Assembly (NCBI RefSeq): GCF_003704095.1
Contig: NW_020847344.1
Coordinates: forward strand, 355,696 to 419,695
Source of the DNA: Pocillopora damicornis
Taxonomy: Eukaryota
Length of the DNA: 64,000 nucleotides
Direction of reading: 5' to 3'
The position numbers were made by a program, and so were the translations under genes. Below the pieces are notes generated by a model. That model did no database searches and was not told the origin of the DNA. It saw only the letters and a list, made by a program, of their open reading frames with translations. Positions 1 through 13,755 of the stretch are shown here, in pieces (the stretch's first letter is position 1; every line of letters starts with the position of its first letter).

Positions 1-619
1 AAAAGAGAATTAAACCGGATATCAGCCGTCACAAATATAAATTCGATAAATTTAAAAGAACATGAATAAGATTTACCGTAGATAGGTCGTTCCCGATCGC
101 TGCTAAACTAACCTTTCTGAGCACCGTGACATGTTGGGTTTAGTTTCGGATGTCGTAGTAGCAGTAGTAGTAAATTTCAATCGATTCTAGCATCTAACCA
201 GCGGCACAGCGTAACTTCAGGGCCTGAAACAAACACATTTAAGATGTTATTCTCGTTTCTCTTTGATCTCTTTCCATGTTAAAATCAGTTTTTCTCGCAA
301 AAAATCCTAAACCCCTTGGCAAAAGAAAAATTATCTTGCTTAGTACACGAACAAAATGAAATTACAAAGCGAAGCATTTCACTGCTACTAAGAAGGTACA
401 CATTTCGATCTATTAACGGAAAGGCCTTTTATGTACCTACGATTTGGCGATTTCTTTAGCTGACAGCTTGGTAAATTTGGCGATGAGTTCGATGCTTAGG
501 TGAATCGAAGAAAATCGGTTAGATATTCTTGTTGAGTGTACAAACCGGACCAGTTTGGAGGGCTTTTGTGGCCTCTAAATGCCGAATAGGGTCTGTCTGA
601 TTATAAATGTCACCTTGTA

Positions 620-705
620 AAGAACAATCTCTGCAACCAATCAGAGCGCAGCTACAGGTTAATGACTGCCCCTGATTGGCTCGTATTTCCTGCTGACGTC
701 CACTT
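620..705. promoter_or_regulatory. Promoter-like module: paired CCAAT boxes in opposite orientation (AACCAATCAGAG … CCTGATTGGCTCG) plus CRE-like TGACGTCC; no associated gene model in window
   Basis: ctctgcaaccaatcagagcgcagctacaggttaatgactgcccctgattggctcgtatttcctgctgacgtccac. The same extended CCAAT motif recurs in the dispersed repeat family, so this may be a repeat copy rather than a promoter. Confidence 0.3.
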
Positions 706-3700
706 CTTTGCCATCAATGAATTTACAGGCAAAGAAATATTTTATTACCAAATCAACCAACCAACTCGTGTCGCTACAACGCGGACTTTGTGAGAAATTA
801 CACTAATGAATTCAGTCTCACCTCACTCCAAACACAATGTCACTTTTGACACGATTGGCTTCCTATCCCTGCATTGTTGTGGAAGATAAACAAGTAAAAG
901 AAATTTGCAAGCCTTATTTATGTCCAGTCGAGCGCTTCCTCCCTTAAAAATGGAAACAGGATTATCGATGTGTGTATTATTTTTCATGTGCCAGTCGTTT
1001 ATATCTCTTTCTAAACAGGAATGTTTCGTACGTAGTAGCGAATCGTACAGGCGAAGGTTACAAATCCCTCGCGGGTTTACGAAAATAGGATTCTTAATTT
1101 ATTTTCCACCGAATTTTACTTTATTTCCTCTTGGTCTAAGTAAAATAGTAAAAACAAATTGAGGTCGTTGTAGTGGCAATGAATTATGCATATTCCATCT
1201 ATATACACAATTCTGATACGATATTCGATTATTCAAATAAGCTACAACCTATTTTTTTATCCTTCTGTAGAGTTTTTCTCGTTAATGTGACTCATAGTAC
1301 CTATTGTTAGCAGAACACACTCGGAGACACAACACAATTTTAGCATAACATATGAATATGCTTAAAATTCACCTGGAAAACAGTGTGAAAAGGCGGCAAG
1401 TGAAACCAATATCTTTAGCTGGCTGAATTAGATTTGTATGCCTTTTTCAGTTCAGTCTTGTCAATATGTTTGATTTGTTTGCCTCATGACGCAACATCTT
1501 TTGTTGCAATTCCGGAAAAAAATCCTTGAGTACTTAAGTAAATCTTACTGCCGAGCTGTTCTAAAAGAAAACATTTTAATACTGAAATTTGGTGGGTCAA
1601 CATTGCACAGCAAAAGCATTATACCACCGAACCAAAACAGCCCAGGGGGAATGTGGAGGTCGCAATACATCGCTTCACTAATCATAGTAAATATCTTCAT
1701 CAATCGGCGAAGATCAACTCAGGCCCCGTGAGCTTAAAGGCATGACACTTTAAAAGGAAAAGCTTAGCAGTTAATTTATTCACATGTCCAGGTTTGTTGC
1801 CGTGCAATTGCAAGGAGTTTGAATTGCTAAGCAGTTCAGTAAATAACTTAGTAAATTAAGCATATCTGGGTTTTTCATCACTGTCTCCAGTAGTGGATAT
1901 TTTCCAAACAACCTCATCACAGGCACGAAATGACAACAGCTTTACAAACTGCTTACTTTTTAGTTCATTTGCACTTAAGTGAGAGTTTTCTTTGGTAAAT
2001 AGCATTTCTAGCAGAGATGAAAGAGAGTGATCTCTGTTAAATGGAGAAAATAAAGCTGATTAAGGGAAACATCGCATGCATGGCAGTGAATACATACGGT
2101 GGGGAACTGAGTTTAAAAACTTCCTCCCTGTGAAAAGAAACCAATTAGAGAAAAACATTTTTGCATGAAATGAGGTTCTATGATGAGAAAAAATACAACT
2201 TCATTGTCTCTGTTCAAATGTATACCAATGTTAGGTCGAATATTTGTAAAAGCACGGTAAAAAAACAGCGGAAGCCACCATCAGGGTGTAATCTTGCACG
2301 CTAATTCACACTGAAAAATTGTCTTATTTCAAAGGGATTTCAGATAGAACTCCGTTGGTGATTCGAAACGCGCGCACTTTTTATATCTTTACAGGATACT
2401 TAACTCCAGCACCTGCCTTGGATATCACCGAGTGACAGCGACTAAACAAGCTTTATTCTTTCACCTTTTCAGCACGTCCTAGAACTTTTACAAATCTTGC
2501 CTAAATCCCGTTGTAAAAACATTTCGAAACTCGTTCATCATAGGTTCAGTCATCTGAAAAATGTAAGTTTCCATCTTAAGATACATTTGATGTTAGTTTT
2601 GAATGAAGCTATTCCGTAGATCCAAAAGGGAAACACTTCTGCCACCAGAATACGGCAGGGAAAGTTTTGAAACCAATGTTAGTAATAAGTACAATCGCAG
2701 GCCTATCATCACCTTGTATTCCTAGGCTGCAAAGGCAAATTTTCTGAAATACAAAATGAAGTGTCTTAAACTAGCCCATTCACGCGATGAGTCTATGCTC
2801 TGTGTGTAGTAAGATAGTATCTTCTTCACTCCGGACTGACTCAAAGATTCTAATCTCCATTTAAATATATAGTTATCACATAAATGCTCAAATCATGAAA
2901 TGGAAAGTGAATAATATTATAAATAATTCCACCTAGCTGGGAGCTTAGAGTGCCTCATTCTGCATCCCTGTTAACGGTAAATACTCTAAAATTAAACCAG
3001 ATTTAAACCGGCCTGCTTTTCTCTGACCTGCTCATAACGGCTTAAGAAAAATAATACGACCAGATATCTAAGAAATGTTGAAATACTTTCCTCGGGGAAA
3101 TGGAATATAGATATTGTTTTTCTCGTCCTTTAAGTCAACCGGCTCGAATCTTTTCCGTGTTCGAAGCCTTTTCTTCTTCATGTGATTTAAAACTTTACAG
3201 TTACCTTCTCCAGACAAATCTACACATTACCAACCGCAATCTTTTCGGAAAACAGCATTCTTGTATCGGAGATCAATACAGTCGCCGAATACTATAAAGA
3301 TCTTAAAAGCCGGCTTCGTTTCCAAATTTGTTCGCACACCATTAACATTTCATGCTGTCTCGAGAAGAACACTTCAGCTCACCTTGAATGTAGATTAATA
3401 ATATGCAAACCCATATCATGATTTGTACTTTTTTTTCTCTTTGAGGCAAATGTTGAAATAAATTATTTGAAAAAACGCGATCAAAACCTCCCAACGAATT
3501 TGTCGTGTTCTCAAGTGTTATCACGTTTATTTTCACACAATATCACGCTTATTTGAGTTACTAGCACATGGTCAATTCTCATGCTAGAAGCTACTTCATT
3601 TACATGAAATGTTCAGTGCCGTATTCTGCCTAAGGACTGAGTTGAAATGGATAACGAAGAATGAAGCTGAATGATTTGAAAATAAGACTTGAGTCTGTCC

Positions 3701-5837
3701 TTCGATAAATTGCATCCTTTCGTTATTTGCTAATATGGAAATCATTTAATGAAAATATTGTTCACCTTATAAACTAAACTAATTTCGATGAGGAATAAAA
3801 ATACAACAATTACTTCAATAAATACCGTGACTGGAAATCTCTAGATCATATTAAAGCAATTTTTTTTCTAAATCGCAAATTCAATCAGACACTTACCGAA
3901 CCTTTACGACAAAACTGACCGATCACTCGGCAATTTCAAGTAACGTCAACTGGGCGAGAGAGAAATCCAAGCCGGCTATCTGTCTCAACTGATAACCAAT
4001 TTACGCGTTTACTCCGCCTTTAATTTCGGAAGAAGAAGACTCACAAAGGTGACAATTCGTGACAAGCTTAAGTTCATTCATAAAGATATTTTCCCACCCG
4101 CGAGAGACGTCAATTTGTTGCCAGCTTGTCAAAGGAGAATTTTAACTTAGTTAAAACTCCTTAAAGGATGTTCTTTAAAATAAATTAATTTTGCTTCCAG
4201 ATATAATAAAAAGCTCTCTGTAACATTTTATTAGTGTTGTGCCAATAATTTTAAGCTAAATTTCACAATGTGCGTTTCCTTTTGTGTTTCAAGGTGTGTT
4301 CAAATCCCATCGATCTATGATTGGTTTGTCCGAGACGCGTGCGGAGAGAATTTCCATTCAGTAAGCGGTGTGAAGTGTGATAAGAGATTCAACAATTTCG
4401 TATCGATTCTCCGCGAACGAATTTTCATTTGCACATTTCATTGCCTTCATGCATGAGTGGGAAATATAATATGTGGTAAAAGAGTTTGATTTCCATATCT
4501 AAAAACGCGATGGTTTTTACAAAGAGAATATATTTTTGAAGTGGTTTTCAATAAAGATAATTTATGGAACAAAAGAAGTTGATTCCCAGCCTCACGAAAT
4601 ACACTTTTATCCAACAAATTAATGATGAAATTGCTACAACTCAGTAATATTTTTCCTGGATATTCTGCATTGTTTTGTGTTTCAAGTTGTTTTACATTTT
4701 ACACTGAGTGATATCAATTTAGCTGATGTTTGAACATTATACGATTAACTAAAGAAGCCACTCGCCGTTAATTACGTAAATAGCGCTCTTGGGTCACGAA
4801 CGACTCCGTATCTTGCATTCTATCTTTATTATCAGGCTGAAAAGTTTGGTTTGATATCTTGTAATGCTCTCTAATCAGAAGGGGTTTTAAGTTTGGTTTC
4901 AGAGGTCACGAAACTTTCACTGTTCCTGTACTCGAAGTTTTAGTTACTTGAAGAAGGATACCATGAAATATCGTGATAAAATAAGGTCAACTTCTACAAC
5001 TTAAAGTGAGCTAATAATTGATTTCAATTCAACAAGCTTCAAAAACACGAAGAATATCAACCTTTTAGGCTACATATATAACGACTTGAATTAATCCATA
5101 ACCCAAGCAAAATGTTAATTACTTTGCTCCTACCCTAAAAGCTTATTCAAAATTACACAGAGTCATACTTCAGGTGCACGTTCTATAGGTCACGAACCAA
5201 GCACCCGAAAGTACCCGTAACTGTTGCCTTGACAGATGAACCAAGGATTGATTAGAGTTCCAATTTGTAAGAATGCTCAAAAGTATTGCACAAGTATTCT
5301 TCCGTTTTCCTTTCATGGACTCAGAAATGAAGCCAAACGGTTTTTGTTTACGTTTCCAATATTGTTTAGCAATCACAAGATACTCCGTCAATATTTTGGT
5401 GCCTGCATGACCGGAGCCAGTCAGCCGTCTGCGCAAGGCATTATCCTGCCACACAATTCGACGAGGGCAGGAAATCTCTCTCAGGATATCTATCACTCCC
5501 GCACTGTATCGTGAAGATCTCCAAAATCCTAAGGACTTGTAGCACAAGTTTTGATATATTTAATTCTCTTCTTCTGCTGGCAATACAAAACTTTAGCTGT
5601 CAATTTATCTGTCTAGAAAGTAATATTTTCTCATTCCAAGAGCTGGGTGTGCTCTCGTTTGTCAAAGTTTCATTTAAACTAGCATTTTTCTGAGACGGTA
5701 ATTAGTCGCAATAAGGGCGAACGGGAAACAGAATAATTAATTTGGGGTTAAAACACAACAAACCTCGATATTTCTCGAAGGGTTAAAAAAAAATCCACTA
5801 AGAGAGCTTGCTGGGCTAGAGCACTTCTTATACCATT

Positions 5838-5870
5838 TCGATCTTCGGTTTTTTTTTTTTTTTTTTTTTG
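5838..5870. repeat. poly(T) tract (~29 T)
   Basis: cggtttttttttttttttttttttttgag. Confidence 0.8.
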
Positions 5871-8800
5871 AGAATTAAGCCATACACAGGAGAGCTTGTT
5901 TTCTTTCTGCGCTGACCGATATCAGACAGGAGCCGCATATCTTACGCCGTTCTCTTGATGAAAAGCCCTTGTTTTGCAGGGCCGGATATTCAGTACTTAT
6001 AAAAGGAAATACATTCAAATTTATAAGACTTGCCTTTCGCTTTTCCGTTCGCTAACAATGAGGTTGAGACTGAAATTTTCGGTCCCTTAAACGGAGTCCC
6101 GCCAACTCAATTCATATGGTACGGTATGCCTTTTGTAGAAGAAACAACAATGAAGGGGAAGGCGAGAGATATTTAAAGAGATGCTAAAATCCAACCGATA
6201 ACTATTAAATTTGCCAAGGAGGCAACAATTTTCATTTTCATCTGTTTATGCAATTAGGGGTGAAAAGGCTGCATTTATTTTCCCTTTCAACACAATAACA
6301 CAGGAAGCAACGAATTTGGCCAGCTTCCCACTTCTCATCATCAGAGTTTAAGATAAGCACTCACGGAGGTATTCTTTTTTTCATTTTATCGATCACGAAG
6401 GCGGGAACGAAATGTTTATAAAATTCTCTAAATCGCCTTAAGGGTTGACATGGATTAAGAACGATTGATATGTGTTTGAATAAACTCCCTTTCACAGTTG
6501 AGAACTCCTATAATTGTTATTTGGGTCCTTCCAGTCCACGTGGAATTAACAGAGCACGTCTATCCAATAAAATCCCACATCAATAAGTTTTGTATCACAT
6601 GCAATGTGATGACAAAAGAATGGGTATTACACGAACATTTATATCATGCATTGATAACAAAAAAGATTGGCTTCTTTTCGTGGAGAGAGCGAAAGAAAAA
6701 AAAACGTGCCTTGCCACATGTGTATTGTACAAAGGTAAAACGCTGAGTTAAAGAATAACTAGAAAGAGTACATGGGGAAAATCATGCTAATTTCTTGGAA
6801 AACGGAATACTGACTTGTCAGGTTCAGAAAACAAAGACAGGGGAAGAAGAAAAAAAAATTGCTATTTTCTTAACTGAATTACGGTGTATTATTTAATGAG
6901 TTTTCACTGGATGAATTTCAGTATTTCATTGTAATTTTACATGGAATAATTACGAAATCAGAGCCAAACTGCGGACGTGTTTGCGGTTTAGTAAAACTGA
7001 AGCCATGACGCGGACGTCATTAACTCCCTTGCGAAATAAACATTAGCAGCAAAAACCCAAATTGAACTTGTTTCAAGGCGTGTAAATCAGGTCATGAAAG
7101 ATTTCTAATGAGGTCAGGATGAAGATTCTTGTTGAGCGATAGCTTTCAACAACACTTGATTCGGATGTTCATTTTTTCTCTTCTTTTTCGTGTAAATGTG
7201 AACTGGAAATTATTTGAAATAAGGAAACACCTTTGATCTCCGAGGTCACGTAACCACCAAGTAACCAGCCCACTGTTTTGATTAAATTTCTACTTCTTCT
7301 TGCAAAATTTTGAAATTCACCCGGCCGCAAATATTGAGCGACATCGCTTGCCAAATTTTTTTGCACTTAAAAAAATTGATTCAGAGGTCGTCTTAATCTC
7401 GCGTTGAAAAAATAAATGTTTATCAAATTTTCTCAAATTTAGTAGACCACAAAATATTTCTAAGTATAAATAACTCGTAAAATGTCTTCATTTAAAATCA
7501 GGGTATTTGATTTAACTATCGAAACTAGAAATGCATCAAAATTGAACTCAAATTTGGGGTTTCCTTGAAAATAGAATTTGTTTCTTCAGCAAGGCGTCAA
7601 TTGCCACTTTGCTGCATCGTCAATAAATGAATTTGATTAGCAAGCTGTCAAATGACAGCTTTATAGGAACGATCTTAATGTCTTATGAGCAGATTTGAAA
7701 GTCATCCATTTGACTGAAACGTGCTTTGAATACAAATTAAATCACGCCGGCTATAAAAACTGACCTGAATGTACCGTGATGCCCGCAGCTTCCAAGCAAT
7801 AAATGACCTTTCACCAAAACCCCTTGCTTAATCACTTTTAAAATGACGAAAATTTTCACATTGTTCAGTCGACCTCAGTGCGTCGCTTAAGCTCTCTCAG
7901 TTTCAAATCAGTCCATTAATACAAGCCGCACTATTTTGCGAAAAGCTTACAGCAAATATATTGCAATGTATCCTTGGCAATATGTCACAAAACATAGAAT
8001 AATTGTTTACTGTGACTTTAATATATTCAAACAAAACGCTAGTAAAAAAATATTAATAATAAAAAAAAAAATAAAAACAGTCTCATTGAAATATAGCGCC
8101 GATTAGAATCTTTTGTATCTTGAGACTGAAGAGATTTTTAATAAGAAAATTTGATTTGTGTCAAAAGCAATCAGATCGGACAATTGTTACTACGGGTAAA
8201 ATTTCTATCCGCATGAAATGACAGCAGGCGAAGTAACACTTGTGAGCAGGTTAAGACAGGGATTCATAAAAAATTGTTTTTCTCACAATCCTTTTTGTTA
8301 ACTGGTAAACATTCATACTCCAACATGTCAAAGTTAACCGAGAAAATTAACCGCCCAAATTAATCATCGAAACCCGCACCATGCAATATTCATGCTGGAA
8401 TTTGAGGATCTTAACATGAACAGTTATTAAATATGCAAAGTTTGCCCGTAATAGTGCAGGTTTATCAGGATTCCCGTAGAAGCTTTTGTTTGGAAACCAT
8501 TCCTTTCTGGAAAAAAATATATTGGTTCATGTGGCATGCAGGGTCTGGGAACGTGCAGTGCGAGTCCTCGTGGACCTTGAGAGGATATAACGCCAACATC
8601 ACCGAGCGATGATTCGAAAGGAAATTTTGTGAATTTAAGAGGTCCTACACTTAAAAAAACTCTGATGCATCTTCCCTCTTACTTTTACACCCGCGGCATC
8701 TTTCACTTAGCAAGCTGTAATAAATCAGTTAGTTTCATAAGAGTCCAAAAATGTTGTCTTCAATCTCTTCTAATGACCCCAAGAAGTTCATAATTTTTAA

Positions 8801-10090
8801 TCTTTCAAGCCTTTAAAAGACTTTGAAAAGTTATACCAGGGTATAAATAATTCCACAACTTTTGAACTATTTTCAGTTCATAATTCTGGTAAGAATTGCT
8901 AGATAGCACTGAAAAATGACAGAAGATCAGGTTTCTATCAGTTTACAATCCTCTTGTTCAATATTAACTGCAATTAGATCAAATGCAAAAACTGTTGAGC
9001 CTGAAAAGGGAATAATTAACGCCAAACTGGGCACTAAAGTATTTATTCGACTCCATATAACGTTTTATCTGTTCATATGTTTCCCCATGAACTGAGTTAC
9101 TACTGATAGTAATAACTGATAGCTGATGTTTCGTTGAAAGAAAACTGACTGGGAACCAGATTGTGGCTTAGTAAAGAATGGTCTGCATTTCCTCTGTGAT
9201 CAATAAAATTACCCTCTTCCGCTAAAAGCCCTTAACTACAGAACTTATTCCCTAAATTTTTTAGCCATAACTCTTGAATTTCCAGCCTTGTTAAATGAAG
9301 CCTGCATAATCCGCTTTACTTAATGATCACTGAAGCTTTGACGAAATTATTCTTCGATGGTAGAAGTTTTAAAATAAGCGCATCTCACGTTTGTCAGATT
9401 TTAATCAAGCACGCAGGTTACGTAGTGCATGATTAAAACAATAACTTGATAAACAACCAAATGAAAATGAAAATGATGAGTCAGCAATTTCAGTTTCATT
9501 TTCTCGGGAATCCTTGTTACTATCACGAGAACTCTTGGAATAACGGCAAGTCGCATGACAATGCTGATGTAACGTTTAACTAAAAAATCGTAGTTTTATC
9601 ATATTCTAAACACCACTACATAAATCTCCATGCTCCTCAAGACTCAGTTTGCACATTTTCTATTCAAGCTTCAATTCTCACCACTGCATGTTTAGTACTA
9701 TATTATGTAAATTCTCTCCATCAAGTTCTCAATTTTGCCACTGACTAACGTTTTCACTCGTTAGCTCTACTAAGACGGAACGCAGCGAATTCAAACATGT
9801 CTAAGATGAGATCAGACTTATCGGACCGCAATATCAAGCAGCGCTGCTGATCTGAACAGGCGCTCTTAGCCTATGTCAGCTACTGAATACAGGTAGTAAA
9901 AGTCCAATGGACCTAGCAAATTTGTTCGGAAAAAATAATTATCGTAGCTACTGACCGTGAAAATAAAAAAATTGTCTGAGTTGTTGTCGATAAAAACAAA
10001 ATATTGTTGTACAACTTTTAGATTTAAAATCCGGATCATGTGTGACTGAGATTAGCGGACGACCTTTGGTTTTCGAGAAGGATTCAATTG

Positions 10091-10130
10091 TTCAGTTCAG
10101 ATATTATATATTATATTATATATTATATCC
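10091..10130. repeat. (ATATT)n / (TATATTA)n AT-rich microsatellite
   Basis: atattatatattatattatatattatatcc. Confidence 0.7.
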
Positions 10131-13100
10131 GTAGCAGTGAAGAGAGAACGTGACTGTATCTAACATTTACATCATTTTTCATCGTTAAGATCTCTTCCAC
10201 AAAACTTTTATTTCTTCCCTCGTTTTATCTAACGTCGACAATTATGTTTATACTCTTTTGTTTGGATACTTGTCATATTTCAGAACATAAGTGAATAAAG
10301 ACACTCGGATCCCAAGTTCTAGTAAATTCCGGTTCCCGTACCTTTGCAACTTAACGGTGAACATCATTGAAATACGAACATCGGTCTTAATTCTGTTAGT
10401 ACTGATGCCAATTCTTAAACCACAACTTACCCAAATAATGCCAGTCAGTTTGAAAATTGTTGTCTGAGTTGTTTAAAGGACGCTCTCTTTTTGTATCCAA
10501 ATCGTCGACATTCTGCACCGGAAATTTTAACGAAGTCAACAAGGAACTTTGACCTAATTCAGTTGTTAATGAAACATGACCGCCGCCCAAAGCGATATTG
10601 AATTTTCCGCGAGATGAGTGAGTGGGAGGCGAGCTGAACATTAAACGGAAATGTGAAAAAAACAAATATATCTTTGCCATTTTTCTATGAGTCTTGATTG
10701 TTAACTACTGACTGATAAACCGTCTGTTAATTATTATCCATTTTAGTTTATGGCTTTTAGTTAGCCGAGTACGACATGATGTTCGACATTATGATGCCCC
10801 CACAAGCTGGCACTTTACTTCAACACTGAGGCGATATATTGAGGCGCTTATATAAATAGCACGCTTTTTGCCGCAATTTTCAATTTCTAGAAACACGCAT
10901 ACAGGACTAGCACTCCTCAGGGGAATACTCTCAAAAAATTCGGGGGGGGGTTAGATAGAACGTCCGTTATGAATATTGAAACTCTTACCTTTTCTCAAAA
11001 AAAAAAGATAATTTTCTCATGGTTTTTTAAACCAGTTGTATAAATAATATAAAAATAGGCACAATTGTACCTAACAAATTATTAAAAAAATAACAGATCC
11101 TAGAACCTAGTTACGATGAGTATACAAAACTTTTCCCGATCTAAGACTCAAATGGTCAGATCTGACCCAAGTTAAAACCAGGAGTCTGTCAAAAGACACA
11201 AAACTTTGCGTCCTAACATTTACAAAAGTGAGTACGCCCCGAAGGTGAAAGAAAATTGAACAAAAAATTATAATAATAATAACACAACCTGACCTGATTC
11301 CATCATAAGCTGTGGCGATAACTCGTCGCACAAATTACAAATTTCACGTGATCATGACTAGCACTTCACTTTTTTCCATTTGACATTTTAAACTGTCTTC
11401 ACTAGCACTACCCTATTTTTTTCAAAATGCCCACCGAAAAAAATACAATTACCTGAGCAAATTTATCACTTCTTTATTTTTACACATCCCTGAATATCAA
11501 ACAAACTTAAAGATAAACCTAAGAACGGATCATCGTTGGTCCATATCACCAGTTTCTTTCGCAACTCACTGACCTTTCAAAAATCTCCACATCAACATCA
11601 CGGATTGTTCATCGCAGTTGTTTACGTTAATAGGCCGAAAAGAAACAAGCAGTTGGTTTTGCAAACGGCCAGTTCGGTAACGTTTTAGGTCGTCCAAGTT
11701 CGCTAACTTCTTACGCTCAAGTATCTACCAATCAATTCGTTTTACCTTCGACGCATACATCCCGCCGGTAATGTTCGAACGCCATTTTGTTTCCCAGAAC
11801 TCCAAGCAGTAGGTTGGCCGTAAACCGGAAGTTAGCGGTACGACCTAAGGTGTTGGCGAACCGGTCGTTAGCGAAGACCACTAAGGGTTACCAGCACATT
11901 GCACTCAGTATGGATGATTAAATTAAAAGGTTTAGCTTTTCTATTTATTTCCCTTCCTTCTCCTACCTCACGAAATAAATTAAAGTTGACTTATTCTTTC
12001 TGTCACTTTTCTTTTTTTCATATTAAAACATCTGACAGCCATCTCTGTTTAACACAGGCAATAACACGAAACACCATTCGTCATTTAATTAAAATTCATA
12101 AGCTCTGAGGAGCGTAAGAGAAAAAAAAAGTTATACCTATTGAGATCTGAGGAAACACAAATGGATATTGTGTAACGTGGTTTCCCCGATAAAATAACGG
12201 AAATCTTGTTAATCGGAGCGGAGAAATGTATGATTAATAAACGTAAGACTGGAGGGTGTGTTGAACAGAATAGGTGAAAAAACAGAAATCTGCTTCTTGC
12301 TGGATCTCACACTGTATCACCCGGAAATATTAAAGAATCATAATCAAGAAGACATACTTTTTATAAAACTGCTGATTATAAGTTTTTCCTTCAGGTTTAC
12401 TTACTCTTTCCTCAAAAAATATAATGAATAAAAGCTTGTCAACATGTCACTTCGGCGACAAAAGGAGGAAAAGGAACAAATGACTAAAAAAATGACCTTA
12501 GAATGAAAAATATAACATGGAGTATAGAGAGACATGAACAATTCAATGCCAATACTCACCTCTGTTCTCTACAACTGTTCAACCTTGCTCCACGAAAGGT
12601 TCTCTAATACCGAAACTAAACTGATGTCATTAATTTTCCCAAGTTAAAATTCATCACCGAGTTTATATATTAATACGTCAATAAAGAACCACGCAGATGG
12701 TAGATATATCATGTTGCTTATGCAAACCCATTCCGAATGAATGTCACTCTGTCAAGTATCTGTGACAGGTCCTTATGTTTTGTGTTGGCTTGGCGGATAA
12801 CTCACCTTCCTAATCGAATCAATATTATTTTGAGAAGCAACGACTTGACACATCAAATATTTAGACAAGTTATGTTTAGTAAACGTCTTTGGTTATTACG
12901 GTTCCTAACAATTGGGCAAAAATACGCCGAAGTAACAATTCGCCTGAAGTCATTTCGGCAAATGTCTCTGAAGACAGCTACCCGTTTTAGTTGTGAATGG
13001 TAATAACGTTATTACCCACATTGAAGGCATCAGCACATTCTGGAAATTGACAGCGTTATTTCGCACGTTTTTGCGGTCTTGGCTTGCAAAGTTTTCTCCG

Positions 13101-13755
13101 ATCATTGTAAATCACCTTATTTTCGTCTAAATTTCGGCATAACTAAATTTTATGAGGTTTGATTATGTAAGCCACTAATAAAAGTATGTGGATCTCTTAA
13201 GTTGTACAGAAACTGTATTCATCGACACGGTGTCTGAAATGGGATCTTCTGGTGAAATATCGAATGCAAATTGCAGATGATATTGCACGGGCCCCTTAGC
13301 AGTTGTCAGGTTCAGATGGCACCATACATCAAAGTTTAGCTTCAGTATCATCTTTCATTTCAAAAATTACAATTTCTTCTTCTTGTAAGACGAACGAAGC
13401 GAAACAACAACTTAACGGTGTCTTGCTCAGTTCATAATATTTTCCATGCGCAATTGACTCGCCAAACCATCTAGCGCGCGATTTTCGTCTCATCTTTGTG
13501 ATTTTAACATTAATATGCAAAGTAAACCCTCTTGGCCAGGTATGGAGGATAAAATTGTGCCTGAAATCGACTTAATCTTTTCCTTTTTCTTTCCTTTTTG
13601 CGATAAACTCTAACAGTTTTTGACTACAAAATAAAATCGGCAGATTCTTTTAATTTTTTCCAAAGTGTCAAAAGACTTCTGACTAAGAGTTTAAAAAAAT
13701 TTCGAAAAAAAAATTTGTAGCACAATGTTACGATGATAAAACTTATATATGAACG

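Noticed and set aside
5170-5547. Mutually overlapping ORFs on both strands (125 aa minus, 92 aa plus)
   Set aside because: There is no homology and no flanking splice signals in phase. They lie in the AT-rich gene-poor region, and overlapping both-strand ORFs are typical of chance frames.
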